DNA of 64,000 nucleotides from Lingula anatina (Eukaryota > Animalia > Brachiopoda): assembly GCA_051362555.1 (NCBI GenBank), contig CM120643.1, forward strand, positions 1,612,001 to 1,676,000. Direction: 5' to 3'. Shown in pieces: positions 13,774-23,274 of the stretch. The notes beneath the pieces were generated by a model. That model was given only the letters and a program-made list of their open reading frames with translations, made no database searches and was not told the origin of the DNA. A program made the position numbers and the translations under genes. The first letter of the stretch is position 1. Each line of letters begins with the position of its first letter.

Positions 13774-16080
13774 CATCTATGTTTTTCGCTACGCTGTCGA
13801 GACGAAGGGATCACTCCACCCAGTTTGAAACTAAAAAGTTCGCTGAAAAGACAGAATGCGATCAAAATCTTGAAGAAAGCACAGAAGGACCTACTGAGGG
13901 AAAGAATCCGTATTTGTAATGACAAAATCACGACTCTAAGGACAGAGATAGAGAAACATACGGAACATTTTAGAGAACTGTTGACAGCTGATCAGTACTC
14001 ATCAGTAGAGGACTTCTGTAAACGGAAATACGAGGCTGCGCATGCGCTTACCAAAGACCGCCATCTTAAAAAGTTTTCAAACATGACAGTGAAGAACAGG
14101 ACTACGTCGGTGGATTTAAGTGGTTCCCAACTCAAGAAATGGGTAATCAACCGATCGGACCGCATGTTAACTGACACTGAGACACGTCTCTTAGCCAAAG
14201 GGTTAAATTTTGCCGTAGCTCCGAAGATTCTCCCCGTAGAAGACATCATCGTGCAGACGGAGCTAGCATGTAGAAATCTTGACAACACCGAGGCAGCAGA
14301 TATGCGTGCGGAGATCGTAGGGGCGATCAAGTCATCAAAACCCCCGACAGATAACATCAGCAGAGAAGAACGGAGAGCACTTCTAGACCTAAAGAAGGAC
14401 AAGTCCATTATGATCTTGGCCGCTGATAAAGGACGAGCAACAGTGGTTCTAAATAGGACAGACTATGAACACAAGATACAACAATTGCTGAATGATGACA
14501 ACACCTATGAGAAACTAAAGCGTGATCCAACTGCAGCTTATAAACGTAAGTTAACTAAGTGTTTACTACGGCTACAGAAAGAAGGGAAGCTATCTAGGTC
14601 TCAATATGCTCAACTATACCCTACTGCGGAAACACCACCTAAGCTGTACGGTCTTCCTAAGATTCATAAAGAGGGTACACCCTTAAGGCCTATAGTGTCA
14701 AGTATTGGATCTATCACCTACCAGACAGCAAAGTTCCTAGCCAAAATCTTAAACCCACTAGTAGGTAAATCATGCCATCATGTATTGAACTCGAAGGACT
14801 TTGTTGATAAAGTGAAGGATATCATTCTGGGACCACATGAAGCACTAGTTTCATATGATGTGAGTGCACTTTTTACTAGTGTACCGGTGGATGATGCTCT
14901 TAAAGTGATTAGTTCCAGACTTACGCTAGATCCCACCCTCAATGGACGTACTAATCTATCAGTAGAGGACATCACAGAGCTATTAGACATTGTATTGAAC
15001 ACCACATATTTTATCTATAAGGGTGAATTCCATAAACAGAAACATGGAGCAGCCATGGGCAGTCCAATCAGTCCGATCGTGGCTAATCTGTATATGGAGA
15101 ACTTTGAGGAAGCCGCACTGGGATCCATGCCCAATCCTCCACGTCTTTGGTTGAGATATGTAGACGACACGTTCACCATCTGCCACAGAGACCACATAAC
15201 TGCTATCACCGATTTTATCAACAGCCAAGACCGTAACATCAAGTTCACTAGAGAGCTAGAGGATAACAATTCTATTGCTTTCCTGGATTCATTGATCACA
15301 CGTGAAAACGACGGCCACCTGAGTCTGAAAGTCTACAGGAAGGCCACTCATACCAACCAATACCTAAACTTCCAGTCGCACCACCCATTACATCAGAAAC
15401 TGGGGGTAGTAAGAACTTTAAAACACAGGTGCAACACGATCGTGACTAATGAGGAAGACAAGACCTTGGAGAACAAGACACTAGATGAGGCTCTCTTGAT
15501 GTGTGGTTACCCACCTTGGGCTCTAAAGACCAAACTTCGCCAGGATAAGACAGCATTAACTAACTGTGAGCCAACAGATACAGTCGGAAAAAAACAGCTA
15601 GTGATCCTCCCTTATTGTAAAGGAATTTCAGAGAAAGTGTGCAGGATCTACAAGAAGCACAGTGTCAACACAGCTTTTAGACCTCAGTGCACATTGAAAC
15701 AACACCTAGTGGCACCAAAGGACAAAACCCCCCAAGATCACCGTTGTGGGACAATATACAGGATCAATTGCCATGACTGTAATTCCTTTTACATTGGTGA
15801 GACAGGTAGACAGTTGAAGATCAGGGTGAGTGAACACAGGAAATCAGTGACTGTAGGCAATACCAGCTCTGCCATTTCTGAACATGTAATAGACACCGGC
15901 CACAGTATAGATTGGAATTCAACTAAGATTCTTGAATCTGAATCATCCGACATCCCGCGGAAAATACGAGAGGCTATCCACATCAGCCGACACCAGCCAC
16001 CCATGAATAGGGACGGGGGGGTTGATCTACCTGACATTTATAAGAGGGTCCTGGCCGCTATACCATCTAGCGGTCAGTGA
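13774..16080 (+). CDS. Penelope-like reverse transcriptase + GIY-YIG endonuclease; frame open from the insertion junction (HLCFSLRCRDEGITP...), native start missing
   Basis: ADKG, LYGLPKIHK, LRPIVS, SYDVSALFT, GAAMGSP, RYVDD, VYRKATHT; GTIYRINCHDCNSFYIGETGR...RVSEH. Confidence 0.93.
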   Translation, partial: HLCFSLRCRDEGITPPSLKLKSSLKRQNAIKILKKAQKDLLRERIRICNDKITTLRTEIEKHTEHFRELLTADQYSSVEDFCKRKYEAAHALTKDRHLKKFSNMTVKNRTTSVDLSGSQLKKWVINRSDRMLTDTETRLLAKGLNFAVAPKILPVEDIIVQTELACRNLDNTEAADMRAEIVGAIKSSKPPTDNISREERRALLDLKKDKSIMILAADKGRATVVLNRTDYEHKIQQLLNDDNTYEKLKRDPTAAYKRKLTKCLLRLQKEGKLSRSQYAQLYPTAETPPKLYGLPKIHKEGTPLRPIVSSIGSITYQTAKFLAKILNPLVGKSCHHVLNSKDFVDKVKDIILGPHEALVSYDVSALFTSVPVDDALKVISSRLTLDPTLNGRTNLSVEDITELLDIVLNTTYFIYKGEFHKQKHGAAMGSPISPIVANLYMENFEEAALGSMPNPPRLWLRYVDDTFTICHRDHITAITDFINSQDRNIKFTRELEDNNSIAFLDSLITRENDGHLSLKVYRKATHTNQYLNFQSHHPLHQKLGVVRTLKHRCNTIVTNEEDKTLENKTLDEALLMCGYPPWALKTKLRQDKTALTNCEPTDTVGKKQLVILPYCKGISEKVCRIYKKHSVNTAFRPQCTLKQHLVAPKDKTPQDHRCGTIYRINCHDCNSFYIGETGRQLKIRVSEHRKSVTVGNTSSAISEHVIDTGHSIDWNSTKILESESSDIPRKIREAIHISRHQPPMNRDGGVDLPDIYKRVLAAIPSSGQ

Positions 16081-16148
16081 GTGTGAACAACTACTCACGT
16101 CAGTCTGATGAAGGCCTTCGACCAGGTTGGCCGTAAGCTAACGGTACG
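16076..16148 (+). ncRNA. Hammerhead-ribozyme-like motif at the 3' end of the Penelope-like element (non-canonical GTAA in place of GAAA)
   Basis: CTGATGA (16105-16111), GGCC...GGCC stem, then GTAAGCTA; Penelope-like elements are known to carry minimal type I hammerheads in this position. Confidence 0.5.
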
Positions 16149-16639
16149 GAAAATTTTAGGCTTGTGTCTGAGAATTTTCATATTTATCCAACAACCAAGC
16201 TAATGAACCTTTTTGCTCACTGTATTTGTCGTTACGAAACATATCAAACATGTTGCCGATAATTAATATATAAAGAAAGAAATATATTAAGAAAGTTAGT
16301 CAAAAAAAAAAGAAAAATTCTTCAGGAAATCAGAACTGTGTACATCAAAAGGTGTTTTTGTGTAGAAACATAACCAATATATTCTGTTTTCTGTATTACT
16401 TAGGTTAATAATATTTTTGTAAAATTAGACAGATATTACATAAATTAAGTTTTTCAGCTCACTCATTAGTGAGCAAAAACGGGAGACACTGATATACTCC
16501 GAAATACAGTATGAGACATTGCACAGTTAATGTTGCAGAGATTTTAGGAGAATTTTATTCCATATTGACACGTCCTTGATATTCCGATTTAGATAGTTAT
16601 CTGCACTTGAAAATATAGGTACAGTGCGTTTTCTATAAT

Positions 16640-17790
16640 AATGAGGAGTTAGCGAAAATGGGCCAGCAGAGGGCTAAGTGGTATGATAAACAGGATACAT
16701 AGTTTAAAAGGTATTGTATTTAGTACTTTTGAACAGATGTTATCAGGCATATCACTAACTACTGGTACTGTGTCACTGTATGGGGGTGTAAGTCATTCCC
16801 AGCTATAGATAAAATACAATCACGACCTATTGGGTATTATATGGGAGTACACAGATTTACACCAATATTAGCACCTTAAGGGGAGGTCGGTTGGATGCCA
16901 CTAGTTTACACTCAATGGCTGTTCATAATTAGACACTGGAATAGATTAATAACCACGGATAACAATAGGGCTGCCAAGAGACTGTTTGATTACATAAACT
17001 TAGGGTTCTTTCCCAGAGATTAAGATAGATCTAAAAATTAAGTTTTAGATCGACCTAACTCCCTGGGGGTTCACGCTAAATTGCAGTCAGCCGAGCGGGC
17101 ACCATAGTTAATTACCCCCTTACAGCTTTTAGTAGGCGGGAAAGACGCTTAAGCCGGACAAGCTGACAGTAATCTAGTGAGACTCCCCGCAGGGATAGAT
17201 CGATCTAAAAATCTATGGAAATGGGGTGTTAGAGCTGGGAAATGATCCAATTATACAGTGCTATGGAAAAAACAATATGCTGAAAAAGCCAACGCTAAGA
17301 ACATATATGCTTTTCGAAAGGCACCTTCAGTTGTGAGTGACATGTCTATGGGTAAGACATTAACATCAGTACTATGCCAATTAAGATACAGAGTGCTGCC
17401 GCTGAAGCTTCGCCCCGCCTTTTTAAATTGTGTGATAAGCACATGGTTGAAGATGGGGTTCATTTTGTGTTGGTATGTCCACTATACGAGGACATAAGAC
17501 GTGAGTTTCTGGGAGACTTGCAATGTAATCATGATGACATGGAAGAGTTATTTGCAGATAAACCTAAAGACATGGCGATTTATTTAAAGAACAGTTTTAG
17601 TTTAAGGCAGTCAGCTCATGAGTGTACCATAATTTATAGTGTTTGCTTAGTTATAACTTTCAATCTTAATCAGAGCTTTTGGTTTGTTTTGTTCTGTTCT
17701 TAACATATGTACAAAGTTCGGTGACTTGTTGGGCCCTAAGGCCGGGTGATTTGTATATCTATATCACATGTCACGTAAATTCAATTACTA
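16640..17790 (+). mobile_element. Ancient LINE 3' remnant in intron 1, shared by copies 1-3 (also ~31450-31980 + 37129-37570 and ~51290-52210)
   Basis: Degenerate peptides GVHRFTPILALYGDGGW, LCQFRCGILPL and KLCD...VEDGVHFVLVCPLYEDIR; boundaries approximate. Confidence 0.75.
17004..17228. mobile_element. ~225-bp MITE-like insertion in intron 1 of copy 1
   Basis: Absent at the homologous CTTAGAGCTG site of copies 2 and 3; flanked by TTAG duplication; imperfect terminal inverted repeats. Confidence 0.7.
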
Positions 17791-18258
17791 TATCAAGTAA
17801 CACATTCGGGTTGCGTATTTATAGCAGATTTATCTTGTGGCTTAGTAAGGCTGAGTGACACGAAAACTAAGCGAACAACTGGGCAGGTGTAATATTTCTC
17901 TTTTCAATCATCTTAAATCTGTTAAACGCTAGCAAGGGTGGATCCGAGCAGATCTGCCAATTACAGCTTTTGGATATCCTTTTCTCGTAATATCTTTTTT
18001 CAAAACCGTTAGTGACCGTGAATACTCAGGACATTTTCCTTATCGCTATGTTTTTACATCATTTTTAAACCATCAGTTTTAATAAAAGGTTTTTCTTTTT
18101 TCACATTTCTCTTTTGATGTATTGTTTTTTAGTATCAGTTGCATTCACCTTTAATGATATAGATCATTAAATGCTGACGGTGAATAATTTTATGGAGGTA
18201 CTGGAATGTATCCATATTAGTGTTCCTGTTTTATCCAAGTTGCCCCTGACCATTTCAG

Positions 18259-18524
18259 CGCCAATCCCGGCTTGTGAATGCCATGCGCATGGTGATGTCC
18301 GCTATGTTACGTGTGATGGGAGAGCCTTCAGATTTGATACCCCGCCCACCGTTAAAGGTATCATGGCAAAACCTATAGGTGGCTGGCTTTGGTATATTAT
18401 AACGAAACAAGAATTTTTTGATGGCGGTCCGAAGACTCGTCTGGCATCAGTGAAATTCAAGATGTTCGGTCACTACGTGAACATTGAGTACACAGTCGTT
18501 CCAGGTGGACTGTACACAATAACG
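18259..18524 (+). CDS. Copy 1 exon 2: N-terminal half of VWD domain (CECHAHGDVRYVTCDGRAFRF...)
   Basis: tttcAG acceptor (phase 1, matches exon 1); ACG|GTAAGT phase-0 donor; resembles VWD start motif C-x3-GD-x2-Y-x-T-F-DG; four paralogous copies. Confidence 0.9.
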
Positions 18525-18564
18525 GTAAGTTTTCTTCTCCTATTCTCTCTCTATCCTCTGCTTA

Positions 18565-18601
<37 letters not shown>

Positions 18602-18694
18602 GCCACTAATTATACTACTTCCAATAGGTAAGAACTTTGCCTGCATCCAGTGAGCAATTTAGCTACATAAAATTTTGAACATGCACTCAATGTA

Positions 18695-19460
18695 CACTGA
18701 ACAAAAATATAAACGCACGATACTAAAAGTATAGTGATCTGGTTTCACTTGGCCGCTCCCCGTGAGGTTCAGTTTTTACAACCATAAAACTAATGGAATA
18801 TGACGGAGTGGAGGTCAATCTGTATGACCAATACACAAACACTCTCTACCGTCTAGGCAATAAAAGGGCACACCAAAATGTGCATTTCTGTCACTTGTCA
18901 ACATGCCACAGATGTCTGAAATCATGAGGGAGCATGCCGTTGGCTTGCTCAATGCTGGCTTGTTGGTAACAGAAGTTCCAGCATGCCTGAATGTGCATCA
19001 TTCCACTGTCAGTCCTCTGAAAACACACTTCAGAGACACTGGTAGCACTAGGAACTGTCCACATGCCAGCCGACCATGTGTTACCACACCCCATATGTTG
19101 CCCATCCAACACCTGTGGGATGTTCTGGATCAGCGTTCTCACCATCATGTTCCAATTCCAGAGAATGTTTACCAACTACCGGAAGCACTCTAAGAGGAAT
19201 GGGATAATATCCAATATCTATTGACAACTTAATAAAGCCCATGTACCACTGTGCCAGTGTATTGGTCTGTGCGAAACTAATGGTGGCCATTAGTGTCTGT
19301 GAACTCAGGATGTTGACCCCCATGGTCTAGTTGATGCCCTAACTCTTGGACTATGCATTTAAACTTCCCGTAATGCTCTCAAAGTGTTGTCTATTTATTG
19401 AGGAAAATTTGCTGTTAATGTTGGCCACCTTATATTCATGTCTTTTCAACCGTGAATAAT
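18695..19460 (+). mobile_element. Internally deleted Tc1-like transposon remnant in intron 2 of copy 1 (right end approximate)
   Basis: TA+CACTGAACAAAAATATAAACGCA terminus; peptide MPQMS...AVGLLNAG...NVHHSTVS...TGST...RPCVTT (paired-like HTH) joined to PIQHLWD (C-terminal Tc1 motif). Confidence 0.8.
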
Positions 19461-20004
19461 TAGCTTGTCTGAGGCAGGGGCTCATACAAAAAATGAACGT
19501 CTTTTATCCTCAAGTCACTGTAAGATTCTTCTTTCAGTTAGCACTACATGTATAAATAAAGCAATCGGAATATTGATCACAAACAATGATTGGCCACATA
19601 TTGCCTTACTTTTTTACATGGGCACCTTCTGTACCCAATTACAAAATTTCACAGTTGTCACCCTTCTAACTAAAGATACATGTATGTAGCATTGCAATTC
19701 AGACCCCCCCCCCCCCAAAAAAAAAAAAACACACACACACACATTTTCATGAATATTTGACAAGGTCATTTTGACATTAATTTTTTATATTTCAAATTTA
19801 ATAAAAAAAATTAAGTGGATCATAAAAGTGTAAGACTCCTACTTTAATTTGGCATCATTTTTTTCCATTCATTCACATTTTATTTTTCATGTACAAAAGT
19901 GGGCACTTTTACCATGTTATTCGCACTCATCCTTTGTTTGATGTTTGTTACTTCGAAATCTTCGGATTAGTTATTTGTCTCAGAAGAGGCTGCTCTCTCT
20001 CAAT

Positions 20005-20390
20005 CCTTTACCTCCGACAAGGTTATGTTTTTGTTACCATTGTTACTTCGGAATGCCCCCTATGAGGGTTCTCGAAGTTTGTTCATCAGTGGGCAATAAA
20101 AGTTCAAAAACTTCGTAGTAGGATCGTAAATGAAAATTATCAAACACAATATATGTGATGATCCATTATAAAATAATAACTAACGGATTAAACATTATGT
20201 ACATATTTTAATGAAATTTACAGGATAGGTAATTTCATAAAAAACTTTAGGAGAGGTCAAAAATGGAAATGAGAAAATTTGGTGATGATCCATTAATTAA
20301 TTAATTAATTAATTTATTATAACTTTATATTTTGTCCTGGCACAGGTTGTGCTATCTGAGTTTTTTTTTTTTTTTTTTTTTTTAGTTAGA
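20005..20390. mobile_element. Helentron/HINE-like remnant at the end of intron 2 (homologues ~38625-39661, ~53360-53703, ~59450-59600; a related inverted fragment at ~7315-7505)
   Basis: TTTACCTCCGAC-AAGGTTATGTTTT start; (TTTG)n tract and TCTAGTT end in paralogues; family assignment from recalled terminal motifs. Confidence 0.45.
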
Positions 20391-20446
20391 TATTTAATGC
20401 TTATATTATGGTAAGATAACAATATCGGGATATCATCTCATTGCAG

Positions 20447-20773
20447 GTAGCAGCTGCACTTGCACCCGTTCCGCCGCTGTGGGTTGGTGATGTAAGACTT
20501 GGTCCTGGTGGGGATCTGCCTGGTGTTTTGTTCGCAGGGTTCGGTTTTCAAATCTCGTTAATTCTGAAAGCTGGCGATTTGTACATTGAGGTTAGTTGCA
20601 CGCTCCTACCACCTGTCCTGTTCGACATTAGGATTCTTGTGGCTCGACATTGTCTCCAGATTCACATTCCTCCGATCTGGTCTGGTTTCATGGAAGGGAT
20701 ATGCGGAGATTGGAACGGATTTCCACAGAACGATATCGTCGCTCTTGTAGGCTTTCCACAGGTGACACCGTAA
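20447..20773 (+). CDS. Copy 1 exon 3: C-terminal half of VWD domain (...EGICGDWNGFPQND...) to TAA
   Basis: ttgcAG acceptor, phase 0; matches VWD C-terminal motif G-L-C-G-N-x-N-G-x-x-x-N-D. Confidence 0.9.
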   Translation, partial: VAAALAPVPPLWVGDVRLGPGGDLPGVLFAGFGFQISLILKAGDLYIEVSCTLLPPVLFDIRILVARHCLQIHIPPIWSGFMEGICGDWNGFPQNDIVALVGFPQVTP

Positions 20774-22319
20774 AAAAAACAACAGCAAACGACACCGATG
20801 ACGTAAGTAGACTGTATTTTATGTGGAATATGTGTAAATAAAACACACAAGATTGCTGAAGTTAATATCTCTCTATCTCTATCGCACGCACACAAACATA
20901 CACACAGCACCCGACGCCGATGACGTTACTGGATTGTTACTGGATTGTATTTCATCTGAAATATGTATAACTTATACATGTATCCACGAGATAGCTGAAG
21001 TATCTCTCTCTCTCTCTCTCTCTCTCTCGCTGCATCTCCCAGGAAACGTTTTTACTAAAAACTTATTTCGCACCCAACTCATTAGATTTAAAAGCACTAA
21101 TTTTGTATCCTGATTTTGCAGCCATTTGTTATCCCTTACATAAATAATTTGTCTCTACCGAAATCATGACAGAAGCCGACAAAGCTATAATCTTTGTCTC
21201 ATTTATCTTTAAACCAGGTTGTTACTTTTCGATCCATGGCGTGATGACCAAAGAGCGACTACCACCAACTCTGTACAAACAGTGTCTTCTTTCTCCAGTC
21301 ATTGATGTTCATGTGGAACACGGGAAGCGCTGGACGCCGTTTTATGTTCCACAACCGTTGACTTGGGTTACTACGGACCATGTCACAAACTTTTCAAACC
21401 CTTTTCAAGGGAATCTTTCTAACTTTTGACTTACAGAATTGATGAAAGCTGATTATTTGACTTCCTCACTTATATTTCTTTGGTGAACGTCCATTGGAGA
21501 GTCGAAAATCCACAAAGGAACGGAATCATGGACAATGGAACTGAATTTGTGGGGGGTGCAAGCTACTCTTTCGGTTCTAAGATGACTATTTTTTGTTTTT
21601 TGTTTTTAGTTTTAACATTGATCGAGGTTTTTAATCCCTTGAAATGCAAATTCTTGCATGTGTTTTTGTAAAAAGGTTGAATTAAACAGGTGTATGACAT
21701 TATTTCGAGGATGTAATCAAATTTGGAGAAATCTCCAAACACAAGACTGACATCGACTGAGAAAAACACATTTGGCATTTAAAACAAAGGCAGTGTGTCA
21801 CAAAAGAAAAACGTACTTCTAGTACTTTAATAATTTTTACAAGTTTTGATTGATGAGGCTCACCTGGTGAAGTACAGTGGAAACGTAATTTAAATTGGGT
21901 ACGATGTAGTGACAATAGCTTCAAAATGTTTTAACGTTTCAATTTTTAATTTATATTTCTCTTCAATTCGTTTCGCCGTGCTTGTGGCTTAAAATCGTTA
22001 TAAAATGGTGTCAATGATATCAAATATCTGTAGTTTATTTTAATTATGTTAAAAGAGAAAATAGTTAATCCATTGAATTTTTTATAATTAGTCTAAACTT
22101 TTTATATTATAAAGACATCTTCGTTCAAAACAGTCCCGATACATCATGTAAAAAACAAGTCCTTTCGATGCAATGTCGCACTGGTTCTGTGACTATTTAT
22201 TTAACACTTAGTTGAATCATTTTCAATGATAATAATAAATAATTTTAAAAGGTTAATACATTAACTAAATAACAATGCCTCAAAATGTTTTTTATAATAT
22301 GTGGTGCTTGTTTAATAGC

Positions 22320-22500
22320 CAGACACACTTCCCTCTGCTAAAATCACCTTCTTCATGTGCTTTACGTATCTTTTGTAATTCATCTGCGTCAATATTTTCC
22401 CATGCCTCCTGAATGCCTTTAACAAGTTGTTCTTTTGTTGTGGGCGTGACGCGCGTACGTAAGTTGTCAACGGGAATTAAAAAGAAATACACGCTTAGAT
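22320..22500 (-). mobile_element. Tc1/IS630-like transposase C-terminal remnant downstream of each gene copy (also ~41690-41860 -, ~55250-55370 -, ~56580-56720 +)
   Basis: Peptide RVTPTTKEQLVKGIQEAWENI; recurs with each duplication unit. Confidence 0.55.
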
Positions 22501-23186
22501 GACAGGTTTTGCAATTGTTCTGCACTGTCCAATTAATATAAATGTCTGTTGGCTGCAAACAACCCACTCCCCGCCCTATGTATATAAACAAGGCTGGGCT
22601 TTCAGTACCACATAGCATTGGGAGTAGGGCCACTATCTGTCAACGCCCCCCCCCCCTCGTTTCCTCTCCGCATCCTAGTTCTCTGCATGAATTACACTAG
22701 CACAGAAGAACAATGAACACATATATAGAATTATAATATAATTTAAAACCAAATAAAATTTTACTTAATTCTCCCTGAAATTTCATTGAAACAGTTGTGT
22801 TTCAGAAGTCTTGGCACGAATTGTGGTATACGCGCGGCGGCGGTCAATGCGTTAGATATGCTACACCCGTTGTGGCGGTCAGTGCGTTAAATGAGACGAA
22901 GAAAATACAATCTGAGCATGGAATAACCCTTGGTAAAATTGCAGTGCACACTTGCAGCAACAATCAAAATCTAAATGTCGTGAAAATAAATCAGAGACTA
23001 CTTTTGGTTTAGATGAAAGGGAATACACTGCAGAAACCAAAGATAGCAACATGCTCTCTGAAAATATGTCTGGATACATAAGAATTTGGGTATAAGCTAC
23101 TACTACTACTACTACTACTACTATTTCGCTCATTTGAGGTATTGAAATCTGAATACAGACACATAATCTATGCATTCCCTTAAACA

Positions 23187-23223
23187 TATAATAATAATAA
23201 GAATAATAATAATAATAATAATA

Positions 23224-23272
<49 letters not shown>
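23187..23272. repeat. (AAT)n/(ATT)n head-to-head microsatellite
   Basis: Direct reading. Confidence 0.9.

Positions 23273-23274
<2 letters not shown>

Larger units (their letters stand above)
13774..16219 (+). mobile_element. Penelope-like retroelement (Penelope/Poseidon type), 5'-truncated, in intron 1 of copy 1
   Basis: 11-bp TSD CTGTATTTGTC (13763-13773 / 16220-16230); empty site in copy 2 intron (~30950); RT + GIY-YIG ORF. Confidence 0.95.

Noticed and set aside
13992-16037. Minus-strand ORFs inside the Penelope element, and likewise inside the Gypsy pol and VWD exons
   Set aside because: Antisense shadows of real coding frames, with no motifs of their own
21166-21429. Conserved small ORF MTEADK... 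(also 40490-40690)
   Set aside because: Different stop in copy 2 and a frameshift in copy 3; better explained as duplicated intron/3'-UTR sequence
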